A program made the position numbers and the translations under genes. 64,000 nucleotides of DNA. Origin: a virus. The stretch lies in IMG/VR virus record IMGVR_UViG_3300036939_000084, positions 33,261-97,260 of that record. The stretch is one strand, 5' to 3'. The notes under the pieces were generated by a model. That model was given only the letters and a program-made list of their open reading frames with translations, ran no database searches and was not told where the DNA came from. Positions within the stretch are counted from its first letter, which is position 1. Each line of letters starts with the position of its first letter. Positions 18,906 to 28,644 of this stretch are shown one piece after another.

Positions 18906-20075
18906 ATGCCAAAAAATTCATTAATCTATCCTGAAGATTTTGCGCTTCCTACTAGACTGGGAGGTTCATCTACAACCAATGCAGGTATAACACTTGAGGC
19001 TGCCGTATCTCAGATAGCTGTGCAAGCTAGAGACACAGCATTGAGGCAGGCTCACACCAGACGAATTTTAGGACAAAGTGTTATTTCTCAGAATAGGGCA
19101 AAGACAGGGCTTCTAATGCCCCTTCATCAGGTAGGTACAGCGATCGCTTCCCCTCCTTTTTTGGGTACGGCAGCTTATATTCCCGGAACAGAAGGGCTGC
19201 AATGCTTTCTTTTCTCGAATGAATCTTTTAAGAGATCAACAGCCAAATTACCTCAAGAGTATGTTTATGGTTCCGTAACAGGAAATTCGGAATCGGGGAA
19301 GTTTGTCGGGGGAGAAACTGGAACAGGGCTAATTGGCAGCAGTTTCGACAAGCTTAACTACAAGAAGGAGTCGGTTTCGCGAACTGGAGCTAAATTAACA
19401 GAACCCAGACTGGTTGGAATCGGGCAAATGGGAACCCCTCTTACTGGGATTATCGCGGGTGGGGCTGACTCGTTAGGAGTTCTAAAGAGAGATTGCCATT
19501 TTTATAACCATGCAACTGATACTGTGACCGTGGTTGCAAATTTCTTGCAACGGACACGTTTTGCTCCACATGGAGGGCTATCAAGTCAGTTCAATGGGTA
19601 CATCTTGGGAGGCTCTAGTAGTTATTTTGGCGCAAACATGATTCGCTCTGTTGAGCGAATTCCTTATGCCGCTGGTACAACAGCATCTATAAACGTATCA
19701 CCTGATGCTCCTCACTCCCACTGGGTTCACGCCGCTTTTTCCAACCCAAATAAAGGTTATTTTGCGGGTGGCGCAAATTCAATCCCTTACGGTACGAACT
19801 TGGATCGTATTACAGCTTTAACATTTTCTGGCGAAACAACTGCTCTGATTGCTGCTAAATTGGCTCAGCCTACTATGTGTTCTTTTGGAGCAGGCAGTAG
19901 TGCTGCTGGATATATATTTGCTGGATGGAACGGTGATTTAACGTTAGTAAACAAAGGCGTGTCTAAATTAGACTATGCAACCGAATCAACTAGCATTATA
20001 GGCGCTCAGCTTTTGGAGCAAGCGTGGGATAGAGGAGCGGTTTCCGATTATTCACCAGGTTTTAGTTACGTATAA
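18906..20075 (+). CDS. Beta-propeller-like repeat virion protein
   Basis: Repeated G(Y/I)(I/F)(A/L)GG blades. Confidence 0.6.
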   Translation: MPKNSLIYPEDFALPTRLGGSSTTNAGITLEAAVSQIAVQARDTALRQAHTRRILGQSVISQNRAKTGLLMPLHQVGTAIASPPFLGTAAYIPGTEGLQCFLFSNESFKRSTAKLPQEYVYGSVTGNSESGKFVGGETGTGLIGSSFDKLNYKKESVSRTGAKLTEPRLVGIGQMGTPLTGIIAGGADSLGVLKRDCHFYNHATDTVTVVANFLQRTRFAPHGGLSSQFNGYILGGSSSYFGANMIRSVERIPYAAGTTASINVSPDAPHSHWVHAAFSNPNKGYFAGGANSIPYGTNLDRITALTFSGETTALIAAKLAQPTMCSFGAGSSAAGYIFAGWNGDLTLVNKGVSKLDYATESTSIIGAQLLEQAWDRGAVSDYSPGFSYV

Positions 20076-20087
20076 TAAACGTTTAAT

Positions 20088-22226
20088 ATGTTAGAGGAAA
20101 AAATTGCCAGATCTATTCAAGGAAGCTTGATTGAGTTAAACCAAGGAGAGGTTCCAAATTTTGAGCGCCGTTCTCCTGTTTGGCTTGAACAATATTTAAA
20201 CGATTCCATTCAGCTTTATCCAGTAGAAGCTAATTATCCTGCGATCGCATCCGAGGATAGCGCTTGGTTATTAGAGCCTTCTGGCACAAACTTGGTAAAT
20301 TACAACATAGATTTAAGCCAAACAAGTTGGGTGAAAGGGTCAAACGTCATCGTTTTTCCAGATGAGGTTCCAGCCCCAGACGCATCAACCTATATGGCGG
20401 ACAGAGTTGTATGGAGCAGTGGTGACGGGCTCACTCAAATTCTTAAGCGTAGTTTCAGTTTGGAAGCTGGCTATACCTATACGATGTCCCTGATTTTAAT
20501 GCTTACAGGTGGTCAGCTTGCGGGAGATAGGGATGTTATTAGATTGGTAGGTGGGGTAGAAGGGTCGTCAACAATCAAACTTAGTCAGCTAAATAATTAT
20601 TCAAACCGCTATCGTTTAATTTCTCTACAGTTCAAGGTCGCAGGAAAGCAACTCGTTCTTCCTACAGCATCAGCTGGAGGGTATAGTCATGACACTGGCT
20701 ATACAGTTACCGCCGTTTCTGCTAATACAATTACCACGACTATTAGCGGTACCATTGTTGCAGATCAGTTTAAGGGTGGACAAGTTCAGTTCGGTACTAA
20801 CACAAAAGTTTACCCAATACTATCTAGCTCGCCAAATGCTGCAAATGGAAGTGTAACAGTAACAATCGATGCTTCAACGTTGATTGTTGACGGGGTTACT
20901 GTTGGAACGGTAGCCAGATTCCTGGGTGCCCAAAACCAGCCAGTTGATTTAGAATTTTATGTTGAGTCTACTCTATCACTAAACTTTGGCGGCATTCAGA
21001 TCGAGAAGAGTCCTTTTAGGACTTCTATGATTTATCAGGATGCCGATCTTAAGGTGCGGGCTATTTCTCGATTAGTATATAGAAATAATCCCATCGCAAA
21101 ACTTAAGTCGTTTGGTATTTTTATCAATCTAAAAGAATGGAGGGGCGATGGCAATATTGCCGATTTTGGTACGTTAAACTTGTCGATTGTCTCCAATCGA
21201 CTCGTTGTTAAAGCCCAAAACGCAACTCTATCCACGGACTTGGTACTGCCTGCGTCGGTTAAGATTTTCTTGCAAGTAACTGAGGAAAATAACTCTATTT
21301 CCCTGTTTATAAACAAAACCCTAGTAGCTAAGACAAATCTCCTGGGATATGTAGGAGATCATCATGCCAACTTCACACTTACTTCAGAAGGAGTGCGATC
21401 TTGGAAGTCTTTTATTGTTTTTGATAAAGTTCTACTTGATGGCAATCCAGAGACAGGTGGTATCGCTAGCCAGGAAGTTGCATATTTATTTGATACAGAA
21501 GCTATTATTAGCGCACGGGCGATATCAGCACCCCCACCCTTAATTGTCTTGCCGCCAGTTCTTATTCCGTCTAAGCCTGCACCAATTGCGCGATCGCTAA
21601 TCGTTGGTCTTAACAGCGCAACCAACACTATAACCGTTGCTGACGGAACCAATTTTCCGCTTAATGCCCCCGTTTCTGTTATGCGGGAGGATCGGTTTAT
21701 CTTAAGGAGTCGAATCCAAACCCGGACACCTGCTACAGGAACTCAATTTAATTTGGGGCTAGATCTTACGGCTGGTGTATTGGTCGGAGATTTCCTTGTG
21801 TATGGCAATATCGATCAACCTGGGCGAGCTAGCGTAAGGTTTCCTTTTACCCCCATAGATCAGCAAAAGATTCTCGAAGTTGACCCAACCTTGCTACGCA
21901 TTAAGTTGGGGTCAACTCTTGCTTTTAACAGGGGACGGGGATTTGTACAAAATATTTTTTATCAAGATATTTCCGAGGTTTTGGTACTAGATAAACAAGA
22001 TAATTTGGGTTACCTGTATTTAGACAAGGTGACCAATTTAGAGATAGGTCATGTTTTTAGTCAAGCCGAAGATGAGATGTTGGTGAGTCCTAGATGCTAT
22101 CTACCGACATTGTTGAACCCAGTTGACAACGTGGCGATCGCTAATTGTTACGAAAATGGGCTAGTAATCGAAAATCTAAATCCCTTTCCCGTTCAGGTAC
22201 AACCAGCAATTCGGGTTTATTATTAA
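20088..22226 (+). CDS. Large fibre/spike protein (head-spike-fibre-like N-terminus, ConA-like middle)
   Basis: LLEPSGTNLV..W...APD..YMAD; GGIQIEK..FRTSMI. Confidence 0.6.
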   Translation: MLEEKIARSIQGSLIELNQGEVPNFERRSPVWLEQYLNDSIQLYPVEANYPAIASEDSAWLLEPSGTNLVNYNIDLSQTSWVKGSNVIVFPDEVPAPDASTYMADRVVWSSGDGLTQILKRSFSLEAGYTYTMSLILMLTGGQLAGDRDVIRLVGGVEGSSTIKLSQLNNYSNRYRLISLQFKVAGKQLVLPTASAGGYSHDTGYTVTAVSANTITTTISGTIVADQFKGGQVQFGTNTKVYPILSSSPNAANGSVTVTIDASTLIVDGVTVGTVARFLGAQNQPVDLEFYVESTLSLNFGGIQIEKSPFRTSMIYQDADLKVRAISRLVYRNNPIAKLKSFGIFINLKEWRGDGNIADFGTLNLSIVSNRLVVKAQNATLSTDLVLPASVKIFLQVTEENNSISLFINKTLVAKTNLLGYVGDHHANFTLTSEGVRSWKSFIVFDKVLLDGNPETGGIASQEVAYLFDTEAIISARAISAPPPLIVLPPVLIPSKPAPIARSLIVGLNSATNTITVADGTNFPLNAPVSVMREDRFILRSRIQTRTPATGTQFNLGLDLTAGVLVGDFLVYGNIDQPGRASVRFPFTPIDQQKILEVDPTLLRIKLGSTLAFNRGRGFVQNIFYQDISEVLVLDKQDNLGYLYLDKVTNLEIGHVFSQAEDEMLVSPRCYLPTLLNPVDNVAIANCYENGLVIENLNPFPVQVQPAIRVYY

Positions 22227-22240
22227 AGGTTTAATATAAA

Positions 22241-23653
22241 ATGCCGAGTTTAACCCTTGAAGCACTGGGAGCAACATACCAAAAACTTTGGGATACGACA
22301 CAAATTAATCCTAAGTTTGCCGGAAAGGCTAACGAAATTACGTCTCAAATTCAGGCGAATAAAGCTAGGTATGAGGCGGTTGCGGCAAAGACGGGTTGCC
22401 CTTGGCACTTTATTGCGGTAACTCATAATATGGAGTCCAGTTTGAGTTTTTCCAAGCATCTGCACAATGGAGACCCATTAACTGGCAAAACATTTCAAGT
22501 TCCCAGCGGGAGACCACCAGGTCCACCGAAGAACGGCTCAGCCTATACCTGGGAAGAAAGTGCAGAAGATATATTACTACACAAAAAACTAAATTTAATC
22601 AAAGACTGGTCTATCCCAAGACTGTTGTATGAACTAGAAAAATACAACGGGTGGGGCTACAGGCAGTACCACCCAGATGTTTTAACGCCTTATCTTTGGT
22701 CAGGTACTAATCACTATACCTCTGGTAAGTATGTTGCAGATGGTCGATTTGATCGGGGCGCAGTGTCTGCTCAGTGCGGATGTGTGCCATTACTGAAAAT
22801 TTTGACTAATGGTGCGCCCATTGTTGCGCCCAATAAAGGCTTGAACTGCGTTGATCCAGGATTAGCAGGGTCTCAGACGCTGACCATGCAAAATCCCCAA
22901 ACCCAAGCCGACGCCTTTCAAATTGCCATTGGGTTGGATCAGCAGTACCGTTCTCGTACCCATGAGTTTAAAGGGCGGCTTAATCCAGCCTCTAATCCCG
23001 ATGTGTTAGATATAGACATCCAGAAAACCTTTGCTGTTAAGGGGTTTGGAGAAGAGTTGGATGGTGATTACAATTGCGAGGATGTCTGCTTTCGCCTGCT
23101 AGATAGTGGGATTGAGGTTGAAGTTAATGGCTTCAAGGGTGACCCCAGCATGGCGGCACCCCAAGTATTCGCTCACGATTCCACTCAACCACTAACAGGT
23201 GGTCAAGCACCCGCCGCAGATACTGCGGATTCAGCGGCTGCGGCGATACCCGCTGGAAGTATTAATCAGAGGATCTTCCAAGCTGCTCAGGCGAGCCGGG
23301 GAGCAAGTAGTAGAAGTGGTCCAGGTGGTGGTAACGTCGCTTGCGCCTGGATACTTAATACTGTTGTTTTTCCTAAAGCCGGGATTAAGACTATTGGTTC
23401 TAACCCAAATCTGGTTGCATCGGTAGAACAGGCATTGCAGGGAGGAAGAGGGCAAGCGGTAGAGCGATCGCAGGCTCAACCTGGTGACATCGCCATCATG
23501 CCCAATAAGCATATTGGTATTTGCATGGCAGCTGGATGCACTTCTCTTTTGTCGAACTCCAGCAGCAAGGCAACTTTTACGTGGGACGCTCCTATCGGTA
23601 GTTACGACTCTTACTACCGCACCACAACAAAAATCTATCGGGTGACGAGCTGA
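22241..23653 (+). CDS. Virion hydrolase: lysozyme-family N-terminus, GpD-like C-terminal hub segment and NlpC/P60-like domain
   Basis: CPWHFIAVTHNMESS..HLHNGDP..EKYNGWGY; ACAW..QPGDI..HIGI. Confidence 0.7.
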   Translation: MPSLTLEALGATYQKLWDTTQINPKFAGKANEITSQIQANKARYEAVAAKTGCPWHFIAVTHNMESSLSFSKHLHNGDPLTGKTFQVPSGRPPGPPKNGSAYTWEESAEDILLHKKLNLIKDWSIPRLLYELEKYNGWGYRQYHPDVLTPYLWSGTNHYTSGKYVADGRFDRGAVSAQCGCVPLLKILTNGAPIVAPNKGLNCVDPGLAGSQTLTMQNPQTQADAFQIAIGLDQQYRSRTHEFKGRLNPASNPDVLDIDIQKTFAVKGFGEELDGDYNCEDVCFRLLDSGIEVEVNGFKGDPSMAAPQVFAHDSTQPLTGGQAPAADTADSAAAAIPAGSINQRIFQAAQASRGASSRSGPGGGNVACAWILNTVVFPKAGIKTIGSNPNLVASVEQALQGGRGQAVERSQAQPGDIAIMPNKHIGICMAAGCTSLLSNSSSKATFTWDAPIGSYDSYYRTTTKIYRVTS

Positions 23654-23991
23654 TGCTGATTGACCCCTACTTCTTGCAATGTTACGACGAGGAAATGCTC
23701 AATCCACCCCCAGGCGTCTATTATCGAATCCGGGGGTATTATCAGTACGCCGACTACACCCTGGTGACTTGGGCATATGGGGAAGAGGAGGAGTATTTCA
23801 CCGGGGAAATACTATACAAGGGGTACGAACTAATCGCCTCCGGCGCGGGTGCCCTGGAGATCGGAATGCCACCCTCTGCACCTACATCGGTTTGGGACAG
23901 GATCGATACGAGAGCCAACGCTTACGGGCTTAGCACCCAAGCGGCGCAGCAGTTGAGAAATCTGGATAACTACACCCCGTTGATTTTCTGA
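23653..23991 (+). CDS. Hypothetical protein
   Basis: Coupled to the previous gene (TGATG). Confidence 0.65.
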   Translation: MLIDPYFLQCYDEEMLNPPPGVYYRIRGYYQYADYTLVTWAYGEEEEYFTGEILYKGYELIASGAGALEIGMPPSAPTSVWDRIDTRANAYGLSTQAAQQLRNLDNYTPLIF

Positions 23992-24144
23992 GGTTTTGCA
24001 ATTTGCGAAAAAAGAAGGGGGTGATCGCACCCCCCCCTCTTATTAAACCTTTATTATCAGACCTCTTGATCGCAGTAAAGCTGCCCACCCTAATTTAGTG
24101 TGATGGACAGCTTTTAGGTTGGTAGAGCCTGACTAAGTCAAATT

Positions 24145-24393
24145 CTATTGGTTGTCACTGATAATGATTTCTGATTGCGTCCAATAACAAGGCTCATTCT
24201 CGCTCCAAGGGTTGGAAGGGCTGCACAAGTAGAGACCTGTAGGCTTTCCTTCTTTGTTCAAGCAAATTTCTTTGACCTCCCATTGCTCTTCGTTCCAGTG
24301 GAATGTTATGCCTTTCTCTATGCTCATGGCTTTACCGATTGTTGCTGCTACGATTTCTGGCTCTAATTTCCGAACTTTGTCTCTAATGTTCAT
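24145..24393 (-). CDS. Hypothetical protein
   Basis: ORF coupled to the RHH gene. Confidence 0.55.
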   Translation of the reverse strand: MNIRDKVRKLEPEIVAATIGKAMSIEKGITFHWNEEQWEVKEICLNKEGKPTGLYLCSPSNPWSENEPCYWTQSEIIISDNQ

Positions 24394-24560
24394 ACCTTTA
24401 TCGGTGGTGGTTGAATAACGGGTGGTTCGTCAGGGAGCGACTGAAGCATTCGCCTGACAAAAGTGGAGGTGTCTTCTCCATAGGCTGTAGACCAGGCTAG
24501 TAATTTTTCCTTCTCTTGTGGCGTCAGTCTAACTCTGAGCCAGTCTGTTTTAGTGTTCAT
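24390..24560 (-). CDS. Ribbon-helix-helix regulator
   Basis: WLRVRLTPQEKEKL..YGEDTSTFVRRML. Confidence 0.7.
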   Translation of the reverse strand: MNTKTDWLRVRLTPQEKEKLLAWSTAYGEDTSTFVRRMLQSLPDEPPVIQPPPIKV

Positions 24561-24620
24561 ACTTGCTATTCTGTATCCCAATGAAATACAATGTCAATAG
24601 TAAATTGAAGAAAAGGTCAG

Positions 24621-25007
24621 ATGACTAAACATAAATTCAGTAAATCTTTGAGGAATTGGCTGGACAGTAAATCTGTCGTAGTCGCAGGTTATTTTGATGA
24701 CGTCAAAGGAGTCAACCTTAGCTATCTACTAGAGTCATGGGTTGAAACTATGCATCTTAACGATGCATTTGCCTGTGATCATCCGTATGCCGCCGATTAT
24801 TTTCAAGTTGCTGTCGTGGATAAAGACGATCCAAGATTGGAGCAACCAGGTATCTTACTCAAGGTGTTGAATGATTTTCGCCATTGTCGGCACCTGAAAG
24901 TTTGGAGTGGCGGCGAGTTAATGGACAGTCAGGAGATAGTAGAGATAATGGAGCGCACTGACGATCTGTTCCATCTAGAGCCTTTAGAGCCTGCTCCTTG
25001 GGACTGA
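24621..25007 (+). CDS. Hypothetical protein
   Basis: Divergent from the RHH gene. Confidence 0.65.
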   Translation: MTKHKFSKSLRNWLDSKSVVVAGYFDDVKGVNLSYLLESWVETMHLNDAFACDHPYAADYFQVAVVDKDDPRLEQPGILLKVLNDFRHCRHLKVWSGGELMDSQEIVEIMERTDDLFHLEPLEPAPWD

Positions 25008-25094
25008 TTGAAACGAAAAAGCGATCGTTTCCTCCCCGTCGAAAGATTGGAAGCGATCGCCCTCCCACGAATCAATACACATAGGAGTAAATTA

Positions 25095-25673
25095 ATGTTA
25101 CAGCTTTTCACGTTTGAATCCAAGGAAGTTCGCTTTGTCGGTACAGCTGACAAGCCTGAATGGATTGCTCAGGATGTATGCAACTGCCTTGATTTAGCTA
25201 ATGTTAGTCAGGCGCTTGACTCGCTCGATGAGGATGAAAAGGGTATCACGATTATAGATACCCTTGGAGGTGAGCAACGGTTGCTAACAGTGACAGAGCC
25301 CGGTCTTTACAGTCTTACCTTTAAATCCCGTAAGGCACCTGCTAAGCGATTCAAGCGATGGATATTTCATGACGTTTTGCCCTCTATCCGCAAGACTGGT
25401 AGCTACAGCGTCAGTCAGCAACCTATTCAACAATCCTCAGTCAAGGAAGAAATCGACATTCTCAAGGACTGCCTTTTTATTGCGGGACTTGACCCGAAGT
25501 TAATTGCAGGGATTGCATTAAATCACGCAGGTACTCGGATACCAGAACTTAAAGAAGCTGTACAAGAGGGACATGAGCTGCTAGCTGCATCAGGACAAAC
25601 CGAATTGCTGCTTACTCCAACAAAAATTGGAAAAGAACTGGGGATATCCAACCGCAAGGTTAACGAGATCTTA
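25095..25673 (+). pseudogene. Bro-N antirepressor truncated by IS insertion
   Basis: Bro-N: FESKEVRFVG..PEWIAQDVC..VTEPGLYSLTFKSRKAPAKRFKRWIFHDVLPSIRKTGSY; runs into the IS right end (gtgac at 25674). Confidence 0.8.
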
Positions 25674-25684
25674 GTGACATACTC

Positions 25685-26914
25685 CTACACTGACTTGAGT
25701 ACAGGTACAGTGTAGGCTTCCAAGACAATCCGGCTATCACTGAGGAGACTCTTGGCTTTAAGAACGGGATGCCCCGCCGCTCTATTTTTGATATTAATAG
25801 CTGCATTATGATCGCGGTCTAAACTACACCCACAATGGGGACAGTCGTGCCAGCGAACATGCAGCTTTTTTGGTACTTTCTCGCCGCAATTAGAGCAATC
25901 TTGTGAGGTGTTATGGGCACTGACAGGGACAACCAACAAACCAGCATTTTCGGCTTTGTTTGTCAGTATCGACAGAAAGCTTGACCACCCAGCATCCAGC
26001 ACAGATTTAGCTAATCGGGTACGAGAAAGACCTTTAACATTCAACTCTTCGTGAGCAACTACGTCATATTTTGATAACAGCCACTTGGCGGTTTTGAAGT
26101 GAAAGTCTTTTCTCTTGTCAGCAACTTTCTTATGCTGTTTCCCCAACTGTTTAATAGCTTTAAGCCTACCGTTACTTCCCTTCTTACGGCGTGATACCCG
26201 CTTTTGAATGACTCGTAAGCGTTTTTGCGCCTTGCGATAGTGCTGAGGGATGGCAATCGTTTCACCCTCGGAAGTTGTTAAAAATTCCTTTAGTCCTACA
26301 TCAATTCCGGTAATTTTGTTCGGATTGAAATCTGGCTTAATTTCGGGAACGGTTTTGTCTTCGAGGGAAAGCGTGAGGTAATAGCCATCAGCCTTCTTAG
26401 TAACAGAAGCGGTTTTAATCTTGAACCCATCTGGGATAGGGCGATGCAGAACAACCTTAACTTTGCCAAACATCGGTAAGTTAATCTGGTTGCCTTGCAA
26501 ACACCCATCCTTCATCTGAGGATAAGTAAAGGTGCGATAACGATTCTTCGCTTTAAACCTAGGCTTACCGCTTCTTTTACCGCTACTATCACCCTTTAAA
26601 AAACGGTCAAATGTTACCTTGACTCGCTTAACTACATCTTGAATAACCTGGGAATAAATCTCGCTGTACCAGGGATGAGTTTTCTTGAGTTGGGGTAGCG
26701 TCTTTTTTTGACTGTAATAGTCAGGATTATCCCTCAGCTCTCGTAGATGGCAGACAAGGGGGCAAGCATTGACAGGAGAACGATTTTGCTCATACCAGTT
26801 AAACCTATCAGCCAACAAATAGTTGTACTGAGCACAAAGCATTGCAAGCCACCTATCAAAGTTGGCGGCTTGCAATGCTGTTGGTCGTAATCGGTACTGG
26901 TAGGCTGTTCTCAT
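25685..26914 (-). CDS. tnpB: TnpB RNA-guided endonuclease
   Basis: [11 protein letters not shown]; [24 protein letters not shown]; CSNCG/CPHCG. Confidence 0.95.
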   Translation of the reverse strand: MRTAYQYRLRPTALQAANFDRWLAMLCAQYNYLLADRFNWYEQNRSPVNACPLVCHLRELRDNPDYYSQKKTLPQLKKTHPWYSEIYSQVIQDVVKRVKVTFDRFLKGDSSGKRSGKPRFKAKNRYRTFTYPQMKDGCLQGNQINLPMFGKVKVVLHRPIPDGFKIKTASVTKKADGYYLTLSLEDKTVPEIKPDFNPNKITGIDVGLKEFLTTSEGETIAIPQHYRKAQKRLRVIQKRVSRRKKGSNGRLKAIKQLGKQHKKVADKRKDFHFKTAKWLLSKYDVVAHEELNVKGLSRTRLAKSVLDAGWSSFLSILTNKAENAGLLVVPVSAHNTSQDCSNCGEKVPKKLHVRWHDCPHCGCSLDRDHNAAINIKNRAAGHPVLKAKSLLSDSRIVLEAYTVPVLKSV

Positions 26915-26951
26915 GTCATAATTATATCAAAAGCGACGGCAGTATGACGAC

Positions 26952-27098
26952 ATGACAAAAATAACAGTTCGCCCCACTGATAGCGAGTATGAACATTTGG
27001 TAACATACTGCTTTCATAAAGGACGAACCCAGAATGATGTACTCAGAGAACTTATCAGAAGATTGTCAATCAAAGGGGTATTGAACCCCCTTGATTGA
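26952..27098 (+). CDS. 48-aa ribbon-helix-helix (CopG-like) protein, missed by the ORF track
   Basis: Hand translation MTKITVRPTDSEYEHLVTYCFHKGRTQNDVLRELIRRLSIKGVLNPLD. Confidence 0.75.
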   Translation: MTKITVRPTDSEYEHLVTYCFHKGRTQNDVLRELIRRLSIKGVLNPLD

Positions 27099-27324
27099 CC
27101 GCAATGACCATCCCAACACCAAAACGTAGGACGGTACTCAGCTGCGCTTCGATATTCCGTCCCGTCTATGGTGTGGGGCTTCCGGCGAAGAAAGCTAAAA
27201 GGTACTTCTGTTCTAGATAAGATCGGGAAGAAGTAAACAAAGAGCGATCGCACCCGTAATGAATGCGATCGCTCTTTGTTCTATTCCCTTTAGTGTGATA
27301 AAATAACAATATATCAAACAAAAA

Positions 27325-27600
27325 ATGGTAGAATCAACTCAAAACACATGGTCTTACGAATATCAGCTAAAATTCTGGAAAGAAAAAGGCTTTGATATCG
27401 ATTACGCCAACCGTATTGCGAAATACATGAGTCAGGTATACGGGAAGGTGGGAAAAGAATCTCTAGAAGATCAGCGCACTTTCTGTGCGACACAAAATTT
27501 TAGCTATGCCTTAGATAGTGAGGTTTTTCCAAGATTCTTAACGAGACTTGAGATGGCTATAAGTATTATGGACGGGAAAGCTGACGATATGCTGTTTTAG
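27325..27600 (+). CDS. Hypothetical early-cassette protein
   Basis: Behind promoter 27294. Confidence 0.7.
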   Translation: MVESTQNTWSYEYQLKFWKEKGFDIDYANRIAKYMSQVYGKVGKESLEDQRTFCATQNFSYALDSEVFPRFLTRLEMAISIMDGKADDMLF

Positions 27601-27692
27601 GGCGATCGCTCTTTTCCCCATAACGTAATATTGGTTCAACCCATATAGAAACCCTCTAGATTCACAAATCGGGGGGTTTTGGTTTGTAAAAT

Positions 27693-27869
27693 ATGAACAA
27701 GATTTTGGGAATTGCTAGTGTTTTTGCTACCTGGTTCTTAGCCGTATACCTAATCGTGGCACTTGTTGTATTTTGGAATGCTACTCAACGCGACTGGCAA
27801 CAGATATCTCCACGGGTCGTAGCACGAAATATCGTTGCCTCACTTCTGTGGATCAAAGAAATACTTTGA
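27693..27869 (+). CDS. 58-aa single-pass membrane protein, missed by the ORF track
   Basis: Hand translation MNKILGIASVFATWFLAVYLIVALVVFWNATQRDWQQISPRVVARNIVASLLWIKEIL. Confidence 0.6.
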   Translation: MNKILGIASVFATWFLAVYLIVALVVFWNATQRDWQQISPRVVARNIVASLLWIKEIL

Positions 27870-27941
27870 TCTATATTAAACCTTTATTATGCTGTTATTA
27901 TGTGATAAAATATAATAGTAAACACAAAAAAAACAAAGGCA

Positions 27942-28301
27942 ATGCAAAAAAATCTACAAGGATTTTGGGCAGTTCAAAAGTGTAGTGGAGAAGAATATCA
28001 TATCTTCCTCTCTCAAGAAGAAGCTCAGAACGCTTGTGATAAATGGAATGCGGAACTTGATCTTAAACTACAATCCTGGTTATCAGGAGATAGAACAATA
28101 TCTGATTCTCTAATTATGCCTAACCTCGAAGCCGACTTAGAGGGGGGTTGCTATCAGAATTATATTATTAATCCTGCTTGGCGACCAAGTGGATACAGTT
28201 TTATCCCTGCCTATTCTGCAACGTTCGCTGTATGGCAAAAGTCCGTAGGCTGTCACCGGGTTTCTTGGGGAAATCCAGCTACTGCCAGACCAGCTAAATA
28301 A
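27942..28301 (+). CDS. Hypothetical early-cassette protein
   Basis: Behind promoter 27901. Confidence 0.7.
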   Translation: MQKNLQGFWAVQKCSGEEYHIFLSQEEAQNACDKWNAELDLKLQSWLSGDRTISDSLIMPNLEADLEGGCYQNYIINPAWRPSGYSFIPAYSATFAVWQKSVGCHRVSWGNPATARPAK

Positions 28302-28383
28302 TCCGAATCTAGTGGTCTGTTAAACCTTTATTATCCCCGCCTTTCACAAATTGTGAAAGGCGGGGATTTTACCATGAAGTAAA

Positions 28384-28644
28384 GTGCGTGCCACACTCAT
28401 GCTAGATCTAGAATTCCTGACGGGTCTCCCTTCTCTGCAAGAGGTGGCTCGACATCAATATAAACTCTACTCCCAGTTCGACCAAGAAGCGCCGACCTGG
28501 GATGAGCTGTCTCCAGAAATACAGCTGGCATGGGAACTTAGTCTCCGAGCATTGCAAGCTAGCGTGAATAATCAACCCCAGCCAACCGAATACTGGAGGG
28601 AACTAGCTAAACGTAGGCTGGAGCGAAAGAATAGATTTGAGTAA
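28384..28644 (+). CDS. Hypothetical protein upstream of endolysin
   Basis: Overlaps the endolysin start. Confidence 0.55.
   Translation: MRATLMLDLEFLTGLPSLQEVARHQYKLYSQFDQEAPTWDELSPEIQLAWELSLRALQASVNNQPQPTEYWRELAKRRLERKNRFE

Larger units (their letters stand above)
25674..27100 (-). mobile_element. IS200/IS605-family element carrying tnpB and a divergent RHH gene
   Basis: Right end cctacact..agtgtaggagtatGTCAC (minus strand); left-end hairpin gtcaatcaaaggggt/acccccttgattgac 27065-27099; left boundary approximate. Confidence 0.8.

Noticed and set aside
18903-18908. Read-through fusion of 18210 and 18906 (TAG immediately followed by in-frame ATG)
   Set aside because: Each looks like a complete protein, and tight adjacency is common in phage operons
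13001-22226. Diversity-generating retroelement suggested by Mtd-N-like fibres
   Set aside because: No reverse transcriptase and no template/variable repeat pair differing at adenines were seen
27100-27235. Decayed tnpA or the Bro C-terminus next to the IS left end
   Set aside because: No frame gives convincing HUH or Bro C-terminal motifs
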